This document shows, piece after piece, positions 1-17,109 of a DNA stretch of 64,000 nucleotides. Origin of the DNA: the human T2T-CHM13v2.0 reference genome, Homo sapiens. The notes under the pieces are model-generated. The model was not told the origin of the DNA and did no database searches. It was given only the letters and a program-made list of their open reading frames with translations. The position numbers were made by a program, and so were the translations under genes. How positions within the stretch are numbered: the first letter of the stretch is position 1; every line of letters begins with the position of its first letter. The stretch is from the NCBI RefSeq assembly GCF_009914755.1, contig NC_060932.1; one strand, given 5' to 3'.

Positions 1-817
1 TGCAGTCCTGTTCCTTGTTTCATGAACCCCCAGGCAGCCATGGCCTGTACCCCTCAGGCCTACCCTGAGGAGTGTGAGAACCTCATCCACTTTTCTCTGC
101 CCTAAATTGGGGAGGGGCAGGCTGGAGCGTGGTTTGGAGGCGCGTGCCCAAGAGTACTGTGAACAGCAAAGGGGGCCTCAGCTTTTTAGTAGGGAGAGGT
201 ATTTGGGGTTGAATGGGAGGATTTAATCAGCTGCTTTGCTTAAACTATACAGGGGTGTGCACCTGGGGTGGGGGATGTGCGTGTCACCTGGAAGGGAGGA
301 ATGTGCTTCCCAAACCTTTTCCTGGCTTCCACTTGGGCACGTTTCAGCTGCATGTGGCCATCTCATTAGAGATGAGTTTTGTCCTGTCTTGCAGCAGTGA
401 CCAGTCTTGGGGAATCAGTTCCACTTTCTCTGTTTTTTAGTCTTGGGCTTCTGACTCTCTCTGACTTCAGGGGTTTCCTTCTTCTGACTCATCGGATGAA
501 CTCACCTGCTGGTGTGGAAGCCTTCAGCATCTTTCTTGAACCCCAGAGCTTTTTGGCTCTTTTCCTGTCTCCACTAGTACGGAACCTTTTCTTGTCAAAG
601 AATTTGTGTTTTTGTTTTTGTTTTTAATCCGAAATACCGGCTGTCATGTCCCATCCATGCTGGCCACAGACATACCCCTGTGATCATGGTGTTGGCTGGA
701 CCATGCCAGGATGCATGGCTTTGCCACTCCCATGCCCACCTTGAATGTTGTGTCTGATGTTTGTCATAGGAGGGGTATATCCAATCTCTTTCTCTTTTTT
801 TTCTCCCTCTCTCTCTC

Positions 818-1133
<316 letters not shown>

Positions 1134-1142
1134 TGAACTGGA

Positions 1143-1181
1143 AACCTTCCCTAAAGTTCCCTCAACCTTCCCTCAAGTTCC
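1143..1181. repeat. Short imperfect 21-bp tandem duplication
   Basis: aaccttccctaaagttccctc followed by aaccttccctcaagttcc. Confidence 0.7.
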
Positions 1182-2489
1182 TACTGAGATGGATTTCCCA
1201 CCCTTAGAGAACTATCTTGGGGTTCAAATTCCAGTCTTTGACTTACTGGTTGGGCAGGACACTTAGCTTCTTCATGTCCTTACTTGTCAAATGGGGATCC
1301 TGATTTTCTTCCTGCTTTCTCTTTCCTGACCCAGCTTTCCATTGCTTCTTTCCCACTTCTCTCATTTTTCCAGTGGGCCTTGTGGAAGTTCCTTGTTAAC
1401 AAGCTCCCTTACATCTTCCCCTCTTTACCGAATGTTTCTTTCACTTCCCCCTCCTGATGGAAATCCAGCTCCTCTTGCTAAGGGTTGGGAGCATGGACCC
1501 TTGAGTCCAAATCCCTGGACCGGGTCCCATTTCCCAGTTAGGTGTGACCTTGGGCAAGTTTCTTAACCTTTCTGTGCTATTTCCCTATCTGTAAAAAGAA
1601 GAAGAGATGGTACCGATCTCCCAGGGTGGTTGTGAGGAGGGTTAAGCCCTCGCTGCACTTCACATGCCTGGTACACGCACAGAACAGTTGATACTCTCTG
1701 ATGTCTGCTCTCATCTTTATCTTCATCATCATCAGCATGATTGCCATCACTTTCTCTCATTCCCTGAGGACTCTGGCATCTGATGCACAGACTTCACCTC
1801 CACAGATCCCGTCCTCACCCTGAGGATGGCCCCTCTTCGTCCCCACCCGACTCAAGTCCAAATCACTCCATTCCTTACACCTCTGAGTCAATGGCCTTCA
1901 CCTCCATGGTCCCTTGACCTAACTCAGAATCTTCCTGAGATCTTAAATCCAGATTATTATAGCCTGGACCCCAAGATTGACTGCTGCAGCTGCTGGGGCC
2001 TTTAGTTTCTCTGCCTTTGGTTCTTCCAACCCTGGCTTGCCCCACCTGGGTCCTGGACAGCCCATCTGTCCCTTGGGCAGCGAAGCCCTTCAGGGGACAT
2101 TCACACTGCCTCCAATGCGCATGCTCCCTGGCCTCAGCTCCACATGTCTGGGCAGCTGCTTGCATCCTTCACGAGGGTCCTGTTGCCCCTTAGCTCCCCA
2201 CCCTATTGTTGTCAGCCTCAGCCTGGCATCTTGCTTCCATGTCATAGGGAAACCAGGACCTCAATCAAACCCATCTTCCTGTCACTGTCCTTCCAAACTC
2301 TCTTGCCTTCTACCCCCACTATAAGGGAACAGGTGTCTTCATTCCTTTAAGGTATATCAATGTGGCAGAGAAGGGAGATGTATACAAACCACCTTGACAC
2401 CAGGATTTGAATACTGGCTGCACACCTGGGCACATTACCTAACCTCTCTAAGCTCAGGTTCCTTCTCTGCAAAGTGGGGATATGAATAC

Positions 2490-2851
2490 TGTATTAGTCT
2501 GTTTTCAAGCTGCTGATAAAGACATACCTGAGACTGCGTAATTTATACAGAAAGAGGTTTAATGGACCCACAGTTCCACGTGGCTGGGAAGGCCTCACAA
2601 TCATGGCAGAAGGCAAAAGGCACATCTTACATGGTAACAGACAAGAAAGAGGACAGAACCCAGTGAAAGGGGTTTTCCCCATATAAAATCATCAGATCTC
2701 GTGAGACTTATTCACTACCATGAGAACAGTGTGGGGGAAACTGCCCCCATGATTCAATTACCTCCCACTGGGTCCCTCCCATAACACGTGGGAATTATGG
2801 GAGCCACTATTCAAGATGAGATTTGAGTGGGGACGCAGCCAAACCATATCA
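2490..2851 (-). mobile_element. THE1 (MaLR) solo LTR inserted in a MIR
   Basis: tgtattagtctgttttc...cagccaaaccatatca, 362 bp, with a 5-bp TSD AATAC on both sides (2485-2489, 2852-2856). Confidence 0.92.
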
Positions 2852-3781
2852 AATACCAAGAGCTATTTTATAGGGTTGTTGTAAGAATTAAATGAGGCAA
2901 CATATGTAAAGTTCTTGCCACAGTGCATGGTGCGTACGTTGTCAATAAATGGTGATGGTGATGTCATTTTTGTCCCCTCACTCTTGAGTGACTCGGTTCC
3001 AGGATCTTTAGGCTTCCTGCTCCATTGAGTTTTTCTCAAAAGTGTTTCTACAGATCCAAGCCCATCCTGTCTTAAATAAACCCCAGACTTCTCACCTTGA
3101 CCTCACATGCACCCCCAATGTTTCTTCCCATAAACAAACTGTTGCCCCTTTTTTTCCTCCTTAAAACAACAAATGTTCTGAAAGAACTATTGACACTGGT
3201 CTCTACTTCCTCACTGCCACCCCTGCTTCCTGGCTTTTGCACTGCCCAGCCGCAGCCTCACAGAGACTTCTGGCTACCCATCATCTTCCTGGCCCACCCT
3301 GCTGCCTCTGTTCCTGCCAGGGGCACCTCCGAGAGGGGGTTGGCCCTGCGATCCTCAGTTTTCCTCTTTGGGCATGGCTTCTCCTCAGGAAGGTGCCCTT
3401 CCACCTCATTTTCCCCAGCACACATGCCTCAGTTTCCTCCTGGGACCTGATGGCTCCCAGATCACTATCTTGGGCCCAGACTTTCTGGAGCTGAATCTCC
3501 AGTTGCCTCGGAGCCTCCTCAGACTCAGTGTGGCCAGAATGGTGGTCCTGGCTTCCCCTCGGGCCTGCCCTTCTGCCTCCTTCTGCACCCTGGGATGGTC
3601 ATCAGCTTTTCTCCCACTGCTGCCCTGTATGCAGGGAAGGCCTGCCTGTGGCTGTATCTGTAGTACTTCTTGAATGTGTTTCCTTCTCTCCCTCCCCACA
3701 GCTACTTACTGCCTTGGTTCAGGGACCTGGATGTCTCCTCTTCCTTGAGATCCCAGACTGCCCAAGTTAAAAGTGAGTTTA

Positions 3782-4155
<374 letters not shown>

Positions 4156-4433
4156 TTACTTCGTAACACACACCATCGTTTATTTATATTGTTTACATAT
4201 TTTACTTATATTTATAGTATTATTTGTATTGTTTATGGTCTCTCTTCCCTCATCAGAATGTAGGCTCCAAGTGGGCAGGGATGTATGCTCTTCTGTTTAC
4301 CACTGTATTCCCATTGCCAGAAACACAGTAGGTGCTCAGTAAGTATTTGATGGAGGAGCTTCTGCAGTTCATTCTGCACGTCAGCCATGGCTGGTCCTGC
4401 TCTTCAGCCTCCAAGCCCAGCAGCTTCCTGGTG

Positions 4434-4660
4434 GGCTGCAGTTTTCTCATCGGAAATAGAGAAGAGTAGCAGTGCCGATTCTGCCTCCCTTGCAGGTCGT
4501 TTTAGTGCATCTAGTTGGAAAATACAGGCAGGTTTGCAGGGAACACAGTTTTCAAAGTGTAAAGCTCAGTGCAGGTGCTAGGTCATGGTGTTTTTTGTCA
4601 CACTGGGATCCTGCGGGAGAGGTAAGTTTAGCTGATGGGAGTGGAAGATCCAGCCCATTC
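4434..4660 (+). repeat. Diverged direct repeat, copy 1 (copy 2 at 7637-7868)
   Basis: Shared blocks such as gaaaatacaggcagg, gtgcaggtgctaggtcatggt and tcacactgggatcctg. Confidence 0.9.
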
Positions 4661-4856
4661 TTCGTGGTGCCTGCCGCAGAGCCTGCAAGCCTGCAGAAAG
4701 ACAGGGAGTAGCCACGTCTTTCTGTAGTTCACACCTGTGTGTCTCCCCACCTGATAATCCCTCAGCACTTCTGTTTGCCTTGCATGTAAAGCCCGACCTT
4801 TGCATGGCAGGCACACAGACTGAAACTCTTTCCTCCTCCAGCCTTTCTTGGACTCA

Positions 4857-5290
<434 letters not shown>

Positions 5291-5393
5291 TTGCCATTAA
5301 ACAAATTCCAGTTTTGATTTTTGTTTTGCATTGGTTTTGAATCCATGCATGTTATGGCCACAAAGAAGACTTTCTTGGCTCCGTTGTTTGTCG

Positions 5394-5430
5394 TGTGTGT
5401 GTGTGTGTGTGTGTGTTTGTGTGTGTGTGT
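5394..5430. repeat. (GT)n microsatellite
   Basis: Direct reading, one interruption. Confidence 0.95.
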
Positions 5431-7636
5431 AGAACCCAGCGAGCAGCAGCTATACCCAGATGAGGCAATGTCTTCATTTGGCCACTCATGTCATTCCACG
5501 TTTCCTGAGTGCCCTCTTGGCTAGGCACTGTGCTAGACACTGGGCTACAAAAATAAGAATGCCTGGTCCCCGTTCTCAAAGTAAGCGTGCTTCCTATAAT
5601 TAGACCCTGAGCTAAGGCGACAGAACCAGCTCCCTTTCAAGACAAGAGTCGCCTGTCTTGACGGACTTTCAGATGGGCTGGAAGAACAAGGTCTGGCGTG
5701 TATGGACTCTGAACTGCTCAAGCTGCTGCCGTCTTGCAGGTCTAGAGCCTACAGGGTAGCGTCATTCTAGTTTCTTTGCTGGGCACTCTGGAATTTGTTC
5801 TTTCTCCTGCGAGAGACAGTGGTCCTCAGTTGTGTTCCCTCCCCACCATCCTCACCCTCCCTCCCACGGTGGTTAGTCATTCTGGAGGCTCAAGTTGGCT
5901 CACAGAAGGTGCTCTTGAAAACATCCCCCACCCTCCTCGTAACCCCAGACAGTCAGGAAGGGCCGTTGTCGGGTACTAAGAGGTGTTATGGTTTCACATT
6001 CATGCTTTCTCTCTGAAGAGAAAACAAAACATGTTGAAATAGGGAGAAATCCCAGCAGCAGCTTGCTTGAAGCAAGGGTTGCATAACAGGTCTAGGAAAC
6101 GTCTGGCCGTGTGGGTCAAGTTGAGGGACTGCAGCCTTGTGTCACTGAGGGAACTTCTTCCGGGTCCACCGAGCCTCTGGATCCATCAGATCCATCCAGA
6201 GAGCCACTTGGAAGGCTCTGGGACCTTGAGGTCTGGCTGGCCACGTGGTCTGTGATGGCTGTCACTGGTGAAAGAGAGACCCTGGCTGATATTTAGCCAA
6301 CAGTGTTTATTCCCTGGCATGACCAGAAAGGGTACATTTGAGACACTGCTGTGGGTGGGGGACCCGGAGGAGTGTTTGTGTGTCAGACTTACGCTGGTGT
6401 TGAGGCCCTAGAAAGGTCACCAAACTGGGGCGGGGTGCAGGCCCCGTGAATTTAAGTCCTGGTCCTGCCATTAACCAGCTTGGAAACCTTGGGCTAATCA
6501 TTTCTCTGGGCTAGTTTTCTCCTTGTGAATCTAGACTAGTGTCATCTACTTTACCTTTTTGACAGGGCTGTTGGGAAGCTTAGGTGAGATAGATTTGTGA
6601 ATGGCTCTTGCAAACCTTAACACGCAAAGCTAATGACAGATTGTATCAGAGGCAATGTGCTTGATTATTAGAGCTGTTTAGGTTAACAGCACAACCTCTG
6701 CAGCCAGACTGCCTGGAGTGGCACCTGGTCAAGTTCCTGAAACCTCTCTCTGCCTTATTTTTCTCATCTATAAAATGGGGCTAATAACTTTACCCATTTC
6801 AGTGTTGCTGTGAGAATTAATTGAGATGATACACCTAGAATGTTAAGGCACATGGCAAATGCCCCATTAATATCAGCTCCTCTTGTTATTTCTAAAAGTA
6901 TTACTTCAATGCCTGGGTATGTTTATATATTGCTGGTGCAATTGTTAATTTTATATTATTTTTGTATTGTTAGCTTTTATTTGGTCATTTGATCCTCTTA
7001 GCTCTCCTTTGAAGGTGAGAAAAGGCAGGTGTTCTTTCTCATTTCATATTTGAGAAAACTGAACTTCAGAAAAATTACATGCCCTAGAACTCGGGCCTTT
7101 TTCTGCTCCAGAGCTGAAAGCGAGAGAAGAGAGGAAGGGAATTAGGCTGGAGCAAGCCAGTAGGATGTTGGATGCAGACTCAGATGTTAATGGCAGCAGA
7201 GCCCTTGAGCTGGATTCTAGAATATGAGAAAGGGCTGAGATTGATGATGGGGCCCAGCTGCATTGTTGGGACGGAGGAACCAGAGTTGAGTCGAGGGAGT
7301 AACTCCAGGAAATCATGGCACCCAGAAAGTGTGGCACAGAATGCAGGGCTCTAACGTCTAGTTAGGAGTTCTTTGGGCAAGTACTCCAGCAAGCAAGGAA
7401 GAAGGATGATGACATATGGTTATTGCCACAGGATATTTTTGGCTGCGTCTGGCTTCTCTCTCTGAAACAAATTGCAGTTGCTGTGACACCTTCTCATTTC
7501 AGCAGTGAGTCGAAGTTGCACTCAATATAGTGTTTTGAATTCGGACTAGTCGTGAAGATTCCTTTCCAGATCATAGTATATGTATATAAGTGACTTACTG
7601 GGAAGAGCACTACATCATAGTTCCGTGGTCCACTAA

Positions 7637-7868
7637 GGCTGCAGTTTTCTTATCTGAAATAAGGAGGGGTAACGGTGCCCATCCTGCCTCCCCTGGCAGG
7701 TCCGTTTATGCATGTAGTGAGAAAATACAGGCAGGCTTGCAGGGAACACCGCTTTAAAAGTATAAAGCTCTCTGTGCAGGTGCTAGGTCATGGTATTTAT
7801 TATCACACTGGGATCCTGTGGGAGGGGTAAGGTTAGCTCATTGGAATGGAAAATCCAGGCTCTCATTC
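7637..7868 (+). repeat. Diverged direct repeat, copy 2
   Basis: Aligns by eye with 4434-4660. Confidence 0.9.
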
Positions 7869-9247
7869 CAGCACTAGGACTCAGTGCAGCTGCCTGGCCT
7901 TGGGCACTTAACCTCTCTCCTTACAGTGTCTCCCATCTGTTGAGCCAAGACAGGGTGGCTGTCTGCTGCCGCCCATTTGGCTGGCTAATGAGGAAGAGCC
8001 AGTGCTGCTCACAGCATGCTCATTTCGTGGTAATGTAGACAGGGGATAGTAGTGGCTGCGTGTAGCAGAAACCAGCAGGGTAGGACCGGATGAGCCCACC
8101 TTCAGGGAGGTGTACCCAGGGCTGTTAGTTTGAGGACGTCTGTGGGATTTTATATCCTTACTCTTATTTTCCAAGAAAGTCTGTCCCTTTGAGTACCAGG
8201 CAGATGAGTCTGGGGACGCTGTGAGGAGGGGTCCCCCAGGAGCAGGAAGGTGACTAATGATCCCGGAAGAATGACTGTGTGTGTTTGCAGACGCCTGGGC
8301 TCTTCCCCAGTATGGCCTTTCCCGTCACTGTTTTCCTCACTTGCTTAAGAGGAGAAGGAGGTAACGCACACAAGTGCCTTTGTCTCAGGGTCCCCACGGT
8401 GCCCATCTTGAGGGTTTTGCGGGCGCCTTGCATTGCCTAAGGCCTGGCTTTAGAAGCAGAACATGGAGAGAGAGGTTTGCAGCCTGCAGGAAGCTGGCCA
8501 GCCAGACCTGCCGGGCAGCGGGACCCGCGGGCAGTGCCTCTGACTCACGGCACGTCCTTGATGCGCAGTGCTCCCCTCCCCACTTTCTCTGCCCTCCTGT
8601 GGATCACGGGTGTCCTAGGGCTGTTGGGAGCCTGGATTAAAGTTGCTGAGTGGCCGGCTGATGATCAGATCCAGGGAGTCAGACCAGAGGTGGGGACATC
8701 TTTTCAAAGGCAAGAAGATGCTGCCAGTGCGTGTATATACATATGAGGGTGGAAGGGGTAAACCCAGGGTGTGTCTTTAACTGAAGAATCAAGAAAGCTG
8801 CTTTCCTTAGTCACCCGCCTCTGTGGTTCGTTTGCTAAACGTTGGCTTGCGTTAGCCTGATTCACAGTAATGTGGCTCCCTAGGAAGATTCACGTGGTAT
8901 TTGTGAAAATGTAGCTTCATCCCCTGCCCTTCATTGAATGACTGAATTACAGTCAGCACCACATAACGATGTTTCGGTCAACTATGGACTCCATATGTGA
9001 CGAGACAGTGATCCCATAGATTATAGTGGAGCTGAAAAATTCCTATTACCTAGGGGCATCACAACGCATTGCATTTCGCCCGTGTTTGGGATGATGCTGG
9101 TGTAAACCTACTATGCTGCCAGTCATGTAGAAGTATAGCACACACAATTAGTAGGTAATGCTTGCAAATAATAATGAAAGACTCTGCTACTGGTTTATGT
9201 ATTTACTATGCTATACTTTTTGTCATTACTTTAGAGTGTACTCCTAC

Positions 9248-9553
<306 letters not shown>

Positions 9554-9939
9554 TTTTTTTTTTTTTTTTTTTCAGTTAATTGTAAAAGAGCCTCAGGCAG
9601 GTCCTTCAGGAGGGATTCCAGAAGAACGCATTGCGATCACAGGAGGTGCCAGCTGCATTGGGACAAGATGTGGAGGTGGAAGACAGTGATATTGATGATC
9701 CTGACCCTCTGTAAGCCTAGGCTAATGTGTATGTTTAAGAAAAAAGTTTAAAAAGTAAAAAAATAAAAAATGTTAAAAGGAAAAGCTTATAGAATAAGGA
9801 TATAGAGAAAAAATATTTTTTGTAGAGCTGTACAATGTGTTTTGTGTTTTAAGCCAAGTGTTATTACAAGAGTCAAAAAGTCAAAAAATTGAAATTTATA
9901 AAACAAAAACATTACAGTAAGCTAAATGTAACTAATTAA

Positions 9940-10240
9940 TTTTATTTATTTATTTTTTTTTTAGAGACAGGGTCTTGCTTTGTCGCCTAGGCTGGAGTGC
10001 AGTGTTGAGATCATAGTTTACTGCAGCCTCGAACTCCTGGGTACAAGGAATCCTCCCTCCTCAGCCTCCTGAGTAGCTGGGATTACAGGTGCGCACCACC
10101 ACACAGCTAATTTTTAAATTGGTGTAGCGAAGGAGTTTCGCAATGTTGGCCAGGTGGTCTCAAGCTCTTGGCCTCAAGCAGTCCTCCTGCCTCGACCTCC
10201 CAAAGTGCTAGGATTACAGGTATGAGTCACCATGCCCAAC
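9940..10240 (-). mobile_element. Alu (J-like) inside Tigger3
   Basis: tttatttatt...agagacagggtcttgc... Confidence 0.92.
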
Positions 10241-10466
10241 TTTGAAATTTAATTTATTATGGAAGAAAGCAAAAGTTTAAAAAATAAATTTAGTGTAGCC
10301 TAAGTGTACAGTGTTTTTAAAGTCTATGGTAGTGCACAGGAATGTCCCAGGCCTTCACATTTACTCACCACCACTCACTCAAACTCACCCAGAGCAACTT
10401 CCAGTTCTGCAAGCTCCATTCGTGGTAAATGCCCTACACAGGTGTACCATTAAAAAAAATCTTTTG

Positions 10467-11065
<599 letters not shown>

Positions 11066-12609
11066 TAGATTCATTTAGATAACAAATACCATGGTATTCC
11101 AGTTGCCTGCAGTATTCAGTACAGTAGCATGCTGTACAGGTTTGTAGCCTAGGAGCAACACACTATAGCGTACAGCCTAGGTGTGCGGTAGCTATCCCCT
11201 CTCAATTTGTATAAGTACACTCTGTGATGTTCACAGAAGGATGAAGTCACCTAACAATGCATATCTCAGAACATATCCCCGTCATTTGCGATGCGTGACT
11301 GTAATTAAGGAATGGGGCCTATGGGGTATGACTGTGGGTGCTGGGCACTAAGGAGACGGAGGCTTGACACAACCCAGGCATTCCCCATGGGAGCCCCTGT
11401 GTGGCAGGAAGGACAGATCTCCAATGAATCATTCCTTTCAAGAGTGATGAGCTCAGTCTTCAGGGATCCTGCACCTCACGGGGAGGAGTTGGGAAAGGCC
11501 CCCCGAGGAAGGAATATCTCAGTATCTCTATCTAGACCTGAAGGAGATGTGGATGTTACAACTAAACTGTATGATTCTCTGTGTCCCTGAGAACATCACA
11601 GCCTATTTCCAAGGTGCCTGGCCATCCCCAGGGTGCCTGCATGCCGCTGACACTCTAATCTGGGGTTCTGCTCTGAGCTGAGAAAGTGTCTGTGGTTTGG
11701 GGTCATCAGGTGGCAGCTCTTCTCCTCTCTGTTCTGAAATCTTAATTCCCTGTTTGACTGCCTGGTGGCTTTCAGAGAAGCCCAGCCTCCTCCCAGGTGG
11801 GAACTTTCACTGTCGAACTAAGGACCCGAGGAGGGTGGAAACAGGAGGAAGGAAGGCTAAGCGGTCACATCAGAGGCATTTCTGCTCATCGTTGGCTCAT
11901 AATAGGTGGCAGTAGGGGCTGGTGGAGCAGTGGCCAGGTAAGTTGCTAAAAATAAAACATGCTCATGTGACGTGTGCAGGTTTAGGGTTTGCCTGAGTGA
12001 GCTTTCCTGGTCCAGGTCACAACTTGTAGGGCAAAGAGAGACTTGAGGATGGTGTAGGCGACAACTGTGCCTTCCAAAGGTCAGAGATGGACCTGGGATC
12101 TTGTAGTACCAGGGCCTGCTCTGGAGGCTCAGATTCGTGTGTCACTTCTTGTCTCTTTTGAAAGGTAACTGGAGAGCTGGACACTTTCCTGTCCTCTCTC
12201 TTTCCTTGTAGCCTTCCTCTCTCAGAGATGGCCTGCTATCAAATGCCAAGGGCACAGTCAGCTGGGCTTGGTAAAGGGCCTGAGATGAGAGCTTGGGGAC
12301 TTTCCCACTGGAGTCCATGATAGTCCAGGGTGTAGACAGAAGCTCTTGGATCTCACAGCTTTGGAAACCGAGTCCTGTTTCTCCAACAGGCCAGTGCGGT
12401 GACGGGCACAGACCTGCTATCCTCTCTATTTGTGTGTCCACCGATTCCCTGGCACAGGGGGTCTTTGTTACAAAATCTCTTTGCTGGGTGCTTTGAAGGA
12501 GCACGTGTGTGGGCCTTTTTCAGGGTGGTTAGACAATGCCAAGCTGTCACTCAGAAGAAATGGTCAGGATAGAAGCATAGAAAATGCCCTGTGGAAATGT
12601 AGATGAGTG

Positions 12610-13212
<603 letters not shown>

Positions 13213-13374
13213 GAACAGAAAATGCCCTGTGTGGGGAGAAGGGTTATCTGTGAAAGGAGTTAGAAACCTCAAGTGTACGTAAGTAAGACTGGAGATCTCT
13301 CTGTTAATGAAATTGTGCTTAAAAATTTTTTTTTCTTGAACCTTGGCTTCTCAGGCAATAACTGAATTTTAAGG

Positions 13375-13463
13375 TGTGTGTGTATAGGTATATATAGGTA
13401 TATATAGGTATATAGGTATATATATATATATATAGTGTATATATATGTGTGTGTGTATATATA

Positions 13464-13494
<31 letters not shown>
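13375..13494. repeat. Compound (TA)n/(TG)n microsatellite
   Basis: Direct reading, including tataggta units. Confidence 0.95.
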
Positions 13495-14919
13495 TTGGGC
13501 CAGGAAGGGTGAAGTGTTAAATTGCCTTACTTAGAAAATTAAGGTAGATTTGTATTTAGACCTTAGAGCTTCAAAAATATCAGCTCAGAAATGACTTTTA
13601 ATTGTGCAGGTGATAAAATCACAAGAAAAAAAATTCATCTACAAGTTGGAATGACTCTTAGCTACTTATTTGTTTTTAAATTTTTTTTTCAAATTTTGGA
13701 AGGAAGTAGAGAAGGAGTTAGAACTGTAATTTGCTATTATGGGGGTTGGGGTGCAGTGCGTATTAGTACAATGTTAGGTGGTGGCAGGTTCCGTTTATCC
13801 TTGGAATTAGCACTGCTCCCCCCACAGGCTTCTGGGAGTTGGGAGCAGGCTGGTTGGTGACGCTTTGCCTGGCCTTGGATAAGAACTCTTGTTTTCAAAT
13901 TCCCTTGAGGTCTCTTCCAAGAATCTTTTGCATTTTTTCTGATAAATCAATCATAAGGAAGTTTCTGAAATTCTCTTTCAGACCCTACAACCCACAAGTT
14001 ACTGCAAAGCTGGGCTTCTACCAGAAGTGAGTGATTTGAAATTGAAAACAGATTTTGGATCTCACCTGAGTAGCTCGAGTGTAAGGGAGGGACTGGGAGA
14101 GCCACAGAGAACATTTGTCAGTCCAGAACCAGCCATTCATGGTGTTGCTTGACTGGAGGGCAGGGAAGGAAAGGACTAGAAGCAAGACGAAAGCAGATCT
14201 TTCTGTAGATACACACATATAAGTCTTGGATTTGCATTTTAGGGTGAATTGTAATTAGCTTGAGATGACCAGGGGCCCACCAATCAAGCAACTCTGGGAA
14301 AAACACTTGTCTGCATCTTAAGTTTCTTTGTCTATAAAATGTCAAGATTGAACTAACACTACATGATTCTCTCGGGAACTCACCAGTTCTAAAATTTCCA
14401 CTCCTTCTTTTCACAGGGCAGTGTAACTTTAACTCCCTGTTTCAACTTTGGGTGTAAAATACAGGCTCATAAGCACTTTTGCTTTGCAGCGGAAGCTAGG
14501 AAGACCCTGCTGTGGAATTTTGCAGAGGGGCTGAGCAGTGGTGGGAAGGACCAGCGGCCCATGTACCATGTTGGGCCCCTGCATTCCAAGGTGTCTGCCT
14601 AGAAATAAATGATAGTTTATTTAACATACTTGTAACTTCCAACGACAACACTTCAAGACTGCAAATCATCCATCCGGGCAATTACAGAAATGCTGAACGG
14701 CCACAGCCCCGCCCTGGAATCAAGGGGAGAAGTGTGGCAGATGCTTCTGGAAGGCTCTGTTTACAGCTCTCTGACTCCTTCCTGCCAGAACCTTTCACAA
14801 GTTCACTACCAGGAAGCTGAGTCATCCAGGGGTCAGCCGGCATGGCCAAGGTCACCCCGCACTGCCAGCAGCACAGATGGGGTTAGCCCATCATTCCAGA
14901 GGAGCATCCGTGGGAATGA

Positions 14920-15629
<710 letters not shown>

Positions 15630-16635
15630 AAAGGCAAGAGATGAGGACCATATAGATGGAAACACAGCATTAAGGGTAAAACACCCTCCCTCTGCTCTGT
15701 CTGGTGTTCAGGGCCCAGCATGGGCTGTATGTCCTACACTTCGTTTCAGGCTCATCTTCAGGTGACACCAGCCTTCTCGGAGCCTCTGTCCACATCCCAC
15801 CTGTCACTACCTCTGCCCTAACTTCACCTTCAGTGGTCACTGCCAGGACCCCTCCCCAAATCTAAATGAGGTCCCCCTGCGTTTGCCCTCATTGCACCTT
15901 CTACTTTTGCTTCATGGCATTTAGAGTTTGGAATTTTTTATCGATAGGATTTTTAGTACTCTCTCTCTCCTCTACTAGACTATAAACTCCTTGAAGGCAA
16001 AGACGACACCTGCTCCCTCAGTTCCAGCAGCCCCTAACACTGCGCTGACATTTAGGTAGTAGCAGCGTTTTCTTGCAGAACGATCCTGTAGTTTTACCAG
16101 CTGAGACTTCTGTGGTCTGGGGAGTCACTCATCTCTGGTCCCTGCCTCCTCCTCTCACTTTTGGAAACCCTTCTGGCCAGACGGCTTTGGTTTAAATTGT
16201 ATGCCGGAGCTCTTGGTTCCAGGGAGAGGGTTTTAGCGTAAAAATCTCACTCATGATGGAAGGTTCCTGCTATTACCTTTTGCATCCAATACAACTTAAA
16301 TTGACTCCTCCAAAAGCTTCGGAAGTAATTTGTACCTATTGTCTAGCATAAATTCAGCAAGTGGGTCCCGGAGGCTGAAAGTCGAGTCTTGCGGTTGTTT
16401 CCTCTGGTGTTTCTCCCTGAGACCCTTAGAACGGCAAGCCTGGTGCATCTGGTGTCCTGTCATCTTTCTCTGTGATTGTCATCAGTGTGAAAGGTGAAAG
16501 GTGTGTGGAGAAAGAACATCCCTTTGAGCTGTGGCTTAGAGCTGTGACTTGGCACCACGTGGTTAGTCACTATCAAGTTAGAAGCCTTTGTGGGAAATCT
16601 GGCTTTGGTAGGATCTGGGAAATTTGGACCCCTCA

Positions 16636-17109
<474 letters not shown>

